Assembly (NCBI GenBank): GCA_964016885.1
Contig: OZ024766.1
Coordinates: 2,294,001 to 2,358,000 of the forward strand
Source of the DNA: Eledone cirrhosa
Taxonomy: Eukaryota
Direction: 5' to 3'
Length of the DNA: 64,000 nucleotides
Positions 1 to 12,227 of the stretch are shown here, piece by piece. The stretch's first letter is position 1; every line of letters starts with the position of its first letter. The notes below the pieces were generated by a model. That model was not told the origin of the DNA. It saw nothing but the letters and a program-made list of their open reading frames with translations, and did not search any database. The position numbers and the translations under genes were made by a program.

Positions 1-3000
1 GGTAAAACGGCATTATGAATGACTAAAATGTGTCTAGGATGGCTAAAATAGCATCATAAATGACTAAAATGACTCTAAAATAGGCTAAAACGGCATTATC
101 AATGACTAAAATGGCTAAAAGGGCATCATAAATGACTGAAAGGACTCTTAAATAGCTAAAAAGTCATTATAAATGACTAAAATGGCTCAAACGGCATCAT
201 AAATGACTTGAATGACTCCAAAATGTCTAAAACGGCATCATATATGACTAAAATGACTCCAAAATTGTTAAAACGGCATCTTAAATGACGAAAATGGGTA
301 AAACGGCATTATGAATGACTAAAATGGCTAAAACGGCATCATAAATGACTAGAATAACTCCAAAATGGCTAAAACGCATCATAAATGACTAAAATTACTC
401 CAAAATGGTTAAAAATGCATCTTAAATGACTCAAATGACTCTAAAATAGGTAAAACATCATTAGGAATGACTAAAATTGCTAAAACGGCATCATAAATGA
501 CTAGAATGACTCCAAAATGGCTAAACCGCATCATAAATGACTAAAATGACTCTAAAATGTCTAAAACGTCATTATGAATGACTAAAATGGCTAAAACGGC
601 ATCATAAATGACTGAAATTACTCCAAAATGGCTAAAACGGGATCATAAATGACTGGAATGACTCCAAAATATCTAAAACGTCATTATAAATGACTAAAAT
701 TGCTAAAACGGCATCATAAATGACTAAAATGACTCTTAAATAGCTAAAGCGTCATTATAAATGACTAAAATGGCTAAAACGGCATTATAAATGACTAAAA
801 TTGCTAAAACGGCAACATAAATGACTAAAATGACTCTTAAATAGCTAAAACGTCATTATAAATGACTAAAATGGCTCAAACGGCATCATAAATGACTAGA
901 ATGACTCCAAAATGCCTAAAACGGCATCATATATGACTAAAATGACTCCAAAATGGTTAAAACGGCATCTTAAATGACTAAAATGGGTAAAACGGCATTA
1001 TGAATGACTAAAATGTCTCTAGAATGGCTAAAATAGCATCATAAATGACTAAAATGACTCTAAAATGGCTAAAACGGCATTATCAATGACTAAAATGGCT
1101 AAAACGGCATCATAAATGACTAGAATGACTCCAAATTGGCTAAAACGCATCATAAATGACGAAAATTACTCCAAAATGGTTAAAAATGCATCTTAAATGA
1201 CTCAAATGACTCTAAAATAGGTAAGACATCATTAGGAATGACTAAAATGACTCTAAAATGTCTAAAACGTCATTATAAATGACTAAAATGGCTAAAACGG
1301 CATCATAAATGACTGAAATTACTCCAAAATGGCTAAAACGGGATCATAAATGACTCGAATGACTCCAAAATATCTAAAACGTCATTATAAATGACTAAAA
1401 TGACTAAAACGGCATCATAAATGACTAAAATGACTCTTAAATAGCTAAAACGTCATTAGGAATGACTAAAATGGCTAAAACGGCATCATAAATGACTAGA
1501 ATGACTCCAAAATGTCTAAAACGGCATCATATATGACTAAAATGACTCCAAATTGGTTAAAACGGCCTCTTAAATGACTAAAATGGGTAAAACGGCATTA
1601 TGAATGACTAAAATGTGTCTAGAATGGCTAAAATAGCATCATAAATGACTAAAATGACTCTAAAATAGGCTAAAACGGCATTATCAATGACTAAAATGGC
1701 TAAAAGGGCATCATAAATGACTGAAATTACTCTCAAATAGCTAAAAAGTCATTATAAATGACTAAAATGGCTCAAACGGCATCATAAATGACTTGAATGA
1801 CTCCAAAATGTCTAAAACGGCATCATATATGACTAAAATGACTCCAAAATGGTTAAAACGGCATCTTAAATGACTAAAATGGGTAAAACGGCATTATGAA
1901 TGACTAAAATGTGTCTAGAATGGCTAAAATAGCATCATAAATGACTAAAATGACTTTAAAATGGCTAAAACGGCATTATCAATGACTAAAATGGCTAAAA
2001 CGGCATCATAAATGACTAGAATGACTCCAAAATGGCTAAAACGCATCATAAATGACTAAAATTACTCCAAAATGCTTAAAAATGCATCTTAAATGACTCA
2101 AATGACTCTAAAATAGGTAAAACATCATTAGGAATGACTAAAATTGCTAAAACGGCATCATAAATGACTAGAATGACTCTAAAATGGATAAAACGTCATT
2201 ATAAATGACTAAAATGGCTAAAACGGCATCATAAATGACTAGAATGACTCCAAAATGGCTAAACCGGCATCATAAATGACTAAAATGACTCTAAAATGTC
2301 TAAAACGTCATTATAAATGACTAAAATGGCTAAAACGGCATCATAAATGACTGAAATTACTCCAAAATGGCTAAAACGGGATCATAAATGACTGGAATGA
2401 CTCCAAAATATCTAAAACGTCATTATAAGTGACTAAAATTGCTAAAACGGCATCATAAATGACTAAAATGACTCTTAAATAGCTAAAGCGTCATTATAAA
2501 TGACTAAAATGGCTAAAACGGCATTATAAATGACTAAAATTGCTAAAACGGCATCATAAATGACTAAAATGACTCTGAAATAGCTAAAACGTCATTATAA
2601 ATGACTAAAATGGCTTAAACGGCATCATAAATGACTAGAATGACTCCAAAATGCCTAAAACGGCATCATATATGACTAAAATGACTCCAAAATGGTTAAA
2701 ACGGCATCTTAAATGACTAAAATGGTTAAAACGGCATCTTAAATGACTAAAATGGGTAAAACGGCATTATGAATGACTAAAATGTGTCTAGAATGGCTAA
2801 AATAGCATCATAAATGACTAAAATGACTCTATAATGGCTAAAACGGCATCATAAATGACTAAAATGACTCCAGAATGGCTAGAACGGCATCATAAATGAC
2901 TAAAATGACTCTAGAATTGCTAAAACGTCATTATAAAAGACTAAAATGGCTAAAACGGCATTAGGAATGACTAAAATGGCTAAAACGGCGTCATAAATGA

Positions 3001-5566
3001 CTAGAATGACTCCAAAATGGCTAAAACGGCATCATAAATGACTAAAATGACTCTTAAATAGCTAAAACGTCATTATAAATGACTAAAATGTCTAAAACGG
3101 CATCATAAATGACTAAAATGACTCCAAAATGGCTAAAACGGCATCATAAATAACTCAAATGACTCTAAAGTGGCTAAAACGTCATTACATATGACTACAA
3201 TGGGGAAAAACGGCATTATGAATGACTGAAATTACTCTAAAATGGCTAAAATAGCATCATAAATGACTCAAATGACACTAAAATGGCTCAAACGTCATTA
3301 TAAATGACTAAAATGGCTAAAACGGCATCATAAATGACTAAAATGTCTCCAAAATGGTTCAAACGGCATCTTAAATGACTCAAATGACTCTAAAATAGCT
3401 AAAACGCCATTAGGAATGACTAAAATGGCTAAAACGGCATCATAAATGACTAGAATGACTCCAAAATAGATAAAACGTCATTATAAATGACTAAAATGGG
3501 TAAAACGGCATTATGAATTACTAAAATGTGTCTAGAATTGCTAAAATAGCATCATAAATGACTAAAATGACTCTAAAATGGCTAAAACGGCATTATAAAT
3601 GACTAAAATGGCTAAAACGGCATCATAAATGACTAAAATGACTCTGAAATAGCCAAAACGTCATTATAAATGTCTATAATGGCTAAAACGGCATCATGAA
3701 TGACTAGAATGACTCCAAAATGGTTAAAATGGCATCATAAATGACTAAAATGACTCTAAAGAGGCTAAAGCTGTATCATACATGACTAAAATGGCTAAAA
3801 CGGCATCATAAATGACAAAATGACTCTGAAATGGCTAAAATGGCGTCATAAATGACGAAAATGACTCTTAAATGGCTAAAACGTCATTATAAATGACTAA
3901 AATGGGTAAAACGGCATTATGAATGACTGATATGTGTCTAGAATGGCTAAAACGGCATCATAAATGACAGAAATTACTCCAAAATGGCTAAAACGGCATC
4001 ATAAATGACTAGAATGACTCCAAAATGGCTAAAACGGCATCATAAATGACTAAAATGACCCTTAAATAGCTAAAACGTCATTATAAACGACTATAATTGC
4101 TAAAACGGCATCATAAATGACTCAAATGACTCTAAAGTGCCCAAAACGGCTTCATGAATGACTATAATGACTCTAAAATGGCTAAAAAGGCATCATAAAT
4201 GAGTAAAATGGCTAAAACGTCATCATAAATGACCTAAACGTCATCATTAATGACTAAAATGGCTAAGACGGCATCATAAATTACTAAAATGGCTAAAACG
4301 TCATCATAAATGATCAAAATGGCTAAAACTGCATCATAAATGGCCAAAAAGGCATCATAAATGACTCTTAAATGGCTAAATCGTCATCATAAATGACTAA
4401 AACGTCATTATAAATGACTAAAATGGCTAAAACGGCATTATAAATGACTAAAATGGCTAAAACGGCGTCATAAATGGCTAAATTGACTCTAAAATGACTA
4501 AAACGGCATCATAAATTACTAAAATCGCTAAAACGTCATCATAAATGATTAAAATGTCTAAAACGGCATCATGAATGACTATAATGACTCTAAAATGGCG
4601 AAAAAGCACCATAAATGACTAATATGACGAAAACGGCACCATAAATGACTAAAATGACGAAAACAGCATCATAAATGACTAAAATGACTCCAAAATAGCT
4701 AAAACGGCCTCATAAATGACTAAAATGACTCTAAAATGGCTAAAACGGCATCATAAATGACTAAAATGACTCTCAAATGGCCAAAACGACCTCATAAATG
4801 ACTAAAATGATTCTAAAAGGCTTCATGATTAAAATTACTCTAAAACTGCATCATAAATGAGGAAAATGACTCTAACATGGTTAAAACGGCATCATAAATG
4901 ACTAAAATGGCTAAAACATCATTATAAATGACGAAAATGACTCTAAAATAGCTAAAACGGCTTTATGACTAAATTGACCATACAATGGCTCAAATGACAC
5001 CTTAAAGATTAAAACCACACTAAAATTACTAAACGGACTCTTAAATGGTTAAAATTACTCTAAAATGGCTAAAACTGCATCACGAATGAGGAAAATTACT
5101 CTAAAATGGCTAAAACGGCATCATAAATGAGGAAAATTACTCTAAAATGGCTAAAACTGCATCATAAATGAGGAAAATTACTCTAAAATGGCTAAAACGG
5201 CATCATAAATGAGGAAAATTACTCTAAAATGGCTAAAACGGCATCATAAATGAGGAAAATTACTCTAAAATGGCTAAAACTGCATCATAAATGAGGAAAA
5301 TTACTCTAAAATGGCTAAAACTGCATCATAAATGAGGAAAATTACTCTAAAATGGCTAAAACGGCATCATAAATGAGGAAAATTACTCTAAAATGGCTAA
5401 AACGGCATCATAAATGAGGAAAATTACTCTAAAATGGCTAAAACGGCATCATAAATGAGGAAAATTACTCTAAAATGGCTAAAACGGCATCATAAATGAC
5501 TAAAATGACTCTTAAATAGCTAAAGCGGCATCATAAATAACTAAAATGACTCTTAAATGGCTAAAA
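1..5566 (+). repeat. Satellite array of 41-bp and 30-bp monomers (aaatgact[aaaatgactct]aaaatggctaaaacggcatcat)
   Basis: Continuous tandem repeat; 41-bp period measurable at 5101/5142; the 30-bp form lacks the 11-bp aaaatgactct subunit; runs off the window start. Confidence 0.97.
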
Positions 5567-5571
5567 CTGCC

Positions 5572-5624
5572 TTTTAGCCATTTAAGAGTCATTTTAGTCA
5601 TTTATGATGCCGTTTTAGCTATTT
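5572..5624 (-). repeat. Short inverted copy of the satellite (hairpin arm)
   Basis: Reverse complement of 5514-5566 with about 2 mismatches. Confidence 0.9.
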
Positions 5625-5789
5625 CTCCACGACAATATCACAGTTTTCCTTGGCACATTGTCTTGCGATCCTGAACACCTCACGTTTATGGTCGTTGCGT
5701 TGTAGAACATGCTTGAACTTTCTATTCTCAGCTTCCCTTTTTGCAAGGTATACTTGTCTCCTGACCATTTGATAGTTCCCCGATTTATC
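5622..5789 (-). mobile_element. RTE-clade LINE fragment (region between endonuclease and RT)
   Basis: A minus frame absent from the ORF track reads YQMVRRQVYLAKREAENRKFKHVLQRNDHKREVFRIARQCAKENCDIVVEK, resembling RTE ORF sequence; recognised by eye. Confidence 0.65.
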
Positions 5790-5865
5790 TTATAATAATT
5801 AGAGGAAGAGATTGTAGGGAAGAAGACTTCGGGTGACATAAAGGCAGTTTAGTATATCAGTATCA

Positions 5866-5869
<4 letters not shown>

Positions 5870-5926
<57 letters not shown>
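5870..5926. repeat. (TA)n microsatellite
   Basis: Direct reading. Confidence 0.95.
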
Positions 5927-5928
<2 letters not shown>

Positions 5929-5988
5929 CAAGATTGACAATAAATGCAGGCGAATGTTGTGACATGGTTTTACTTCACAGAAGTCAAA

Positions 5989-7047
5989 GATGCTGTTTTA
6001 ACCATTTTAGAGTCATTTTAGTCATTTATGATGCCGTTTTAGCCATTTCAGAGTCATTTTAGTCATTTATGATGCCGTTTTAGCCATTTCAGAGTCATTT
6101 TAGTCATTTATAATGCCGTTTTAGCCATTTTAGAGTCATTTTAGTCATTTATGATGCCGTTTCAGAGTCAATTTAGCTATTTTAGAGTCATTTTATTAAT
6201 TTATGATGCCGTTTTAGCCATTTTAGAGTCATTTTCGTCATTTATGATGCCGTTTTAGCCATTTCAGAGTCATTTTAGTCATTTATGATGCCGTTTTAGC
6301 CATTTTAGAGTCATTTTAGTCATTTATGATGCCGTTTCAGAGTCAATTTAGCTATTTTACAGTCATTTTATTAATTTATGATGCTGTTTTAACCATTTTA
6401 GAGTCATTTTAGTCATTTATGATGCCGTTTTAGCCATTTCAGTCATTTATGATGCCGTTTTAGCCATTTTAGAGTCATTTTAGTCATTTATGATGCCGTT
6501 TCAGAGTCAATTTAGCTATTTTAGAGTCATTTTATTAATTTATGATGCTGTTTTAACCATTTTAGAGTCATTTTCGTCATTTATGATGCCGTTTTAGCCA
6601 TTTCAGAGTCATTTTAGTCATTTATGATGCCGTTTTAGCCATTTTAGAGTCATTTTAGTCATTTATGATGCCGTTTCAGAGTCAATTTAGCTATTTTAGA
6701 GTCATTTTATTAATTTATGATGCTGTTTTAACCATTTTAGAGTCATTTTAGTCATTTATGATGCCGTTTTAGCCATTTCAGAGTCATTTTAGTCATTTAT
6801 GATGCCGTTTTAGCCATTTTAGAGTCATTTTAGTCATTTATGATGCCGTTTTAGCCATTTTAGAGTCATTTTAGTCATTTATGATGCCGTTTTAGCCATT
6901 TCAGAGTCATTTTAGTCATTTATGATGCCGTTTTAGCCATTTTAGAGTCATTTTAGTCATTTATGATGCCGTTTCAGAGTCAATTTAGCTATTTTAGAGT
7001 CATTTTATTAATTTATGATGCTGTTTAAGCCATTGCAGAGTCATTTT
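5989..7047 (-). repeat. Inverted block of the same 41-bp satellite with about 174-bp higher-order units
   Basis: Monomer atgatgccgttttagccattttagagtcattttagtcattt; the variant tcagagtcaatttagctatt recurs at about 6160, 6335, 6500, 6675 and 6975. Confidence 0.95.
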
Positions 7048-7450
7048 ATATATATATAATTGTTACCTCATGTTGATGGTCAGTTAGTCACAACTCCCAG
7101 ACTGGAGTGTGTGGAGAAGAACAGAAATCTTCTCTTGGTAAAGTTCTTCTTGTTCCTTCGAAGTTCAGGATGCGAGAGAGAGTTATGCCTTGATTATCCT
7201 CAAATATATAGTCCCCAGGGGGACGCAACGCCATTTAGTACATGAATCTGCCAATGGGAGTCGCGCCCGTCGCAACTCCTATACGTGCTGAGTTACGACC
7301 GCCGTAAAGGGACGCAACTCCTATACGTACTGAGTCACAGCCGTAAGGGGCCGCTACAGCAGTGTTGGTTAAGTGGGGAGATATTTCTGAATTTGTAGAA
7401 AAAAATATCATCCTGAAAAAGGATCTACAGGTCATACAGCTGCTTTATTT

Positions 7451-7778
7451 AATTGTTTCTACTTTTGGCACAAGGCCAGCAATTACCCCAGTGTATTACT
7501 GGTACTTTATTTTATCGACCCCGTAAGAATTGTTTCTACTTTTGGCACAAGGCCAGCAATTACCCCAGTGTATTACTGGTACTTTATTTTATCGACCCCG
7601 TAAGAATTGTTTCTACTTTTGGCACAAAGCCAGCAACTACGCCAGTGTATTACTGGTACTTTATTTTATCGACCCTGTAAGAATTGTTTCTACTTTTGGC
7701 ACAAGGCCAGCAATTACCCTAGTGTATTACTGGTACTTTATTTTATCGACCCCGTAAGAATGAAAGGCAAAGTTAACC
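7451..7778 (-). repeat. Four 77-bp tandem copies of a SINE fragment
   Basis: Units start at 7451, 7528, 7605 and 7682; a single copy with the same tail (atcgaccccgtaag.atgaaaggcaaa) lies at 61361-61472; resembles abundant octopus tRNA-derived SINEs in reverse. Confidence 0.8.
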
Positions 7779-8119
7779 TATGACATTGCTCGAGTGTATT
7801 TTCGTAACATTTCGACCTGCCAGTGAGGAAAGTAAAGACAACGTGTCCGTCCCAAAAGCCTAAATTAAGCAAAGTGAGAGAGAAGACGCCAGAAATTGTT
7901 CTTCCTGAAATGTTAATGGAAAGAGGAGATTCTCCTTCCAAAGAATAATTTTTCCCCTCCTCGCGTACATATCGTTCCATCTTTAAAGTAATTAAATTAA
8001 TAAAACCAGTTTACATATTTCTTTTGCATTCTCTTTTATTATGTTTTTATAATTGCCATTTTCCTTGTAACTGCATCTTTTCTGTTTTAAAACCTATAAA
8101 ACATTATTTCTGGAAGGTT

Positions 8120-8231
8120 TTGTGGGGCTGGAATGGATTGTTTATATTTTGATTAATTTCAATGGGGAAAATTGATTTGTTAAACGAGTTCGTCATGGAA
8201 CGAATTAAACTCGTACTGCGAAGTATCACTG
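8120..8231. mobile_element. Possible pogo/Tigger-like MITE end
   Basis: Ends ggaacgaattaaactcgtactgcgaagtatcactg, resembling a CAGTGGTACCTCG-type TIR; the other end was not found. Confidence 0.35.
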
Positions 8232-8259
8232 CATATACATAGGGTTATTTCCTTGTTTT

Positions 8260-8885
8260 AGGACGGTAAAGAGTGATTTGGCTGCTATTTCTACAAGGTC
8301 AAGTAACCAGGCAAGAGGCTCCCTCGTTAATACGTAATACATATTTTACTGAGTGATGCTGCTTGTTTTACCAGGGGTTGGATACAATTGATGGAGTGAA
8401 TTGATATAACTGAAGGTCTTTCTGAAGGTTTTAAATGATGTCAGGGACTTTTAACGTATTACACCGGCGTTATTCAGGGGAAGGAAACATTGTCAACGCC
8501 ACGACGCACCTGCTATCTTAATTATAACTTTAATTAATCTAATTATATCTCGTGTAGCAATTATCTCATGTTAAGGTGAAAGTTAATATTTTGTAGATAA
8601 CATAGAGTGAGCTACATGTTCCAGGGTAGGTGTTCCATCTCCTACATGATTAAATATTTCATTTCATGAGAAACTACGCTACATCGTGAATTGGTTGCTC
8701 CACATTTTACAGGACAGTGAGAAATAGGTTTAAATCACCAACATCTGAACAATTAGCTTTCCTGGTCTTTCTTGACTTTACACTTGGACTTGAAATATAA
8801 AGTACGTATTATTTGTATTGTTAACACAGCAGATATTGTGTACTTTTCTACACTCCGTGGTGAACAATCGGGATTTATTAAGACA
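8260..8885 (+). promoter_or_regulatory. Conserved about 620-bp upstream block of ZNF gene 1 (promoter and/or 5'UTR exons)
   Basis: The same block lies upstream of all 11 ZNF genes (about 15830-16445, 19465-20090, 23085-23705, 28895-29520, 33735-34300, 36305-36910, 41330-41950, 44822-45455, 48178-48768, 52710-53295); function inferred from position. Confidence 0.55.
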
Positions 8886-9081
8886 ATATACACAAACAGA
8901 CATATTTATTGAGATGATATATTAAGTCTGTACATACACACGCACAACTATTATGAATTCTCGGGCACTTGTATAAACACACATACTCACATATATATAG
9001 AAACAAACACACAGGATTTGTGTTAGAGTTAAGTCTTACACATATCTATTCTGAAATTTTAAGAATTCTTCAAGAAGTACT

Positions 9082-10494
9082 ATGGAGGACGTTAAACAGT
9101 TGGACATTTTTAACGCGGCTGTTTCTAAAGACAGATCCTATCATTGTGAAATATGCGGGAAATCTTGTGCTTCCAACAGTCATTTAACTGTACACAAAAG
9201 AACACATACTGGAGAGAAACCCTTCCACTGTGAAATATGCGGGATATCTTTTGCTTCCAAGAGTCATTTAACTGTACACAATAGAACACATACGGGAGAG
9301 AAACCCTTCCGCTGTGAAATATGTGGGAAATCTTTCTCTGAAAATTTTAGTGTTGTAGTTCACAAACGAACACACACTGGAGAAAAACCTTTCAAATGTG
9401 AAATATGTGGAAAATCTTTCGCTTGGAATGCAAATCTTGTTAGACATATACGTAGTCACACTGGAGAGAAACCTTTCCATTGTGACATATGTGGGAAATC
9501 TTTCAGTGAGAGAAGTAAGCTTGTTGGGCATATACGTAGTCACACCGGAGAAAAACCTTTTCACTGCAAAATATGCGGGAAAACTTTCACTGAAAATGCA
9601 AGTCTTCTAGTTCACAGAAGAACACACACTGGAGAGAAACCATATCATTGTGAAATATGTGGGAAATCTTTTGATAATAGCAGCAATATGATTAAACACA
9701 AAAGAACACATACTGGAGAAAAACCCTATCACTGTGAAATATGTGGAAAATCTTTCTCTGAGAATGTTAGTCTTGTAGTTCACAAAAGAACACACAGTGG
9801 AGAGAAACCTTTTAAATGTGAAATCTGTGAGAAATCTTTTGCCACTAGCAGTCATTTAACTGTCCACAAAAGAAAACATACTGGAGAGAAACCCTATCAC
9901 TGTGAAATATGTGCAAAATCTTTTGCCACTAGCAGTGAATTAACTGTCCACAAAAGAAAACATACTGGAGAGAAACCCTATCACTGTGAAATATGTGCAA
10001 AATCTTTTGCCACTAGCAGTGAATTAACTGTCCACAAAAGAAAACATACTGGAGAGAAGCCTTTTTACTGTGAAACTTGTGGAAAATCTTTTGCCTCTAG
10101 CAGTGAATTGACTGTCCACAAAAGAAAACATACTGGAGAGAAGACTTTTTACTGTGAAACTTGTGGAAAATCTTTTGCCTCTAGCAGTGAATTGACTGTC
10201 CACAAAAGAAAACATACTGGAGAGAAGACTTTTTACTGTGAAACTTGTGGAAAATCTTTTGCCTCTAGCAGTGAATTGACTGTCCACAAAAGAAAACATA
10301 CTGAAGAGAAGACTTTTTACTGTGAAACTTGTGGAAAATCTTTTGCCTCTAGCAGTGAATTGACTGTCCACAAAAGAAAACATACTGGAGAGAAGACTTT
10401 TTACTGTGAAACTTGTGGAAAATCTTTTGCCACTAACAATAATTTAACTGTACACAAAAAAATACATGCTGGAGAAAAAACCCTTCAACTATAA
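9082..10494 (+). CDS. C2H2 zinc-finger protein, 16 fingers, 470 aa (ZNF-1)
   Basis: Intact ORF of tandem CxxC-x12-HxxxH fingers with TGEKP linkers; MEDVK start shared with paralogs. Confidence 0.92.
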   Translation: MEDVKQLDIFNAAVSKDRSYHCEICGKSCASNSHLTVHKRTHTGEKPFHCEICGISFASKSHLTVHNRTHTGEKPFRCEICGKSFSENFSVVVHKRTHTGEKPFKCEICGKSFAWNANLVRHIRSHTGEKPFHCDICGKSFSERSKLVGHIRSHTGEKPFHCKICGKTFTENASLLVHRRTHTGEKPYHCEICGKSFDNSSNMIKHKRTHTGEKPYHCEICGKSFSENVSLVVHKRTHSGEKPFKCEICEKSFATSSHLTVHKRKHTGEKPYHCEICAKSFATSSELTVHKRKHTGEKPYHCEICAKSFATSSELTVHKRKHTGEKPFYCETCGKSFASSSELTVHKRKHTGEKTFYCETCGKSFASSSELTVHKRKHTGEKTFYCETCGKSFASSSELTVHKRKHTEEKTFYCETCGKSFASSSELTVHKRKHTGEKTFYCETCGKSFATNNNLTVHKKIHAGEKTLQL

Positions 10495-10629
10495 AATATA
10501 TGGGAAATCTTTTACACACAGCTCTGACCTGGTTGAGCAAGTGTGCAGCCATACTGGTAAAACCCTTTTGTAACTGATATAGACACAAACAAATATTTAT
10601 GCATGTAACAGAATGTGTGACTGTAAGTA

Positions 10630-10755
10630 AGACAGACACCCTGTCCCCAGCTTGTCTGGGAAGTTTGAAGACCCACTTTAGTACTGACTTGGACTATGTA
10701 GACCTGTTCAACCCTTGTCAGCAGGGAAAGTGGGCTTTAAACAATGAAGATTATA
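10630..10755 (+). mobile_element. Degenerate RTE-LINE 3' tail
   Basis: gttcaacccttgtcagcagggaaagtgggctttaaacaatgaagat resembles the tail at 50950-51008. Confidence 0.35.
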
Positions 10756-11194
10756 ATAACAAACACACACTTGAGGGAAACCTTTTAAGTATAAAATGTG
10801 AAACATCCTTTTACAAATCTAAAGCTACCAACATTGTGAGGGAACCCTTAGTAGTTCTATAAAGTCCAAACATTGCTTGTCATTTTTGTAATGATATTTT
10901 TAGTTGGAATTAAATTTTTATTAATATCTGATTCTTGTCTTCTTGAATTCATTTACAGCATGGACTAGGTGCTTTTTTGTCGTGACACCTACACAACCTC
11001 TTTAGTTTGGATGGGATGTTCTGTGGTAGCAACATAACTTTACAGAGAAAGGGTGGTGTTGGTGGGAGTGGGATGATGGAGTTGGGTTGTATATTTGGTT
11101 AAGAGGTGCCTACTGCTACGCTGCTGGTTAAAATATTTGTTAATCATGTATGAGTGCATAGCTCAGAGATCAGCGAGACACTGCTAGTAAAAAC

Positions 11195-11590
11195 CCGGAG
11201 AGAAACCCTATCATTGTGAAATATGTGGGAAATCTTTTGTCTCTAAAGGTAATTTAACCCGGCCAGAATTTTATCACCTTTTTCTATTCAAACCAGCCAT
11301 AACTGCTCACTCACACTGATGTTAAGGTATTGTTCTCAAAAGAAATGATATCAAAATCTGAAGGATTTGATATTATGTAAGATAACGCCTTTACTGTGAA
11401 AATACAATAGTATATATAGAGTAATGTAAATATTATGTGAGGTAAAGCCTTTACCATGAAAATATAATAGTATATATAGAGTAATGTGTGAGGTAAAGCC
11501 TTTACTGTGAAAATACAATAGTATATATAGAGTAATGTAAAAGCTAAATGGTTGAATAAACACAAAAGAACACACACTGGAGGGAAACGT
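11195..11590 (+). pseudogene. Single-finger ZNF remnant interrupted by a piggyBac-like MITE
   Basis: Removing 11258-11555 restores [31 protein letters not shown] in frame. Confidence 0.8.
11258..11551 (-). mobile_element. piggyBac-like MITE (degenerate)
   Basis: Flanked by TTAA (11254) and TTGA (11552); internal about 60-bp repeats and right end match the reverse complement of the element at 58453-59405. Confidence 0.75.
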
Positions 11591-11799
11591 TTTTTGTTGG
11601 AATTAAATTCTTGTTCATGTTTATTCCTTGTCTTCTTGAAATCATTTTTAATCTATGTAGGAATTTTCAGCGTTTTTTTCTTTTGCCAACACCAACATTC
11701 CCTGCAGTCGTGTTTAATTGAGGGACCCTCTCTCACAGGAAATCCTGTGAGTGTCTAGTCTCAGAAACTTTAGATGGTTGGAAGTGGTATGATGACTGG

Positions 11800-12215
11800 T
11801 TGGTGTAAAAGTAGTTGGCTAGAATTTACAGATGACATGGTGTTATTTAACTCAACAGAAGATGATCCCAGATGTTAACTTGATAGGTTTGCTACCAAGC
11901 CCTGCATGATAGGACTGAAAACTGGTGTTGTGAAGACTGAGATACTCCTCTTCTCAGAGGAGCCTGCACAGGGCACCCTACATGTGAGTGGAGTTCCACT
12001 GAAGCAGGGGGAGATGTTCAAGTATCTAGGGTCTGTGTTCATGAGTTGATGAAGGCAAGAGGCAGAATTAAATGAGCTAGTGCAGTAATGTGTCAGCTTC
12101 AACGTTCGGTATCAGAAGATGGGAGGTAGGTGTAAAAGTAAAACTGACTGTCTTCAATTTGGTATTTGTGCCAACCCTTACTTTTGGTAATGAATCTTGG
12201 GTAATGACCAACGTA
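11800..12215 (+). mobile_element. RTE-clade LINE RT fragment (second family)
   Basis: Decayed translation LEFTDDMVL...GLK...KTEIL...FKYLGSVF...VFVPTLTFGNESWVMT. Confidence 0.8.
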
Positions 12216-12227
12216 TCTATGGTGTAA

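Noticed and set aside
5615-5839. 74-aa ORF MSPEVFF as a gene
   Set aside because: An alternative frame matches RTE LINE protein better, and the ORF ends inside satellite
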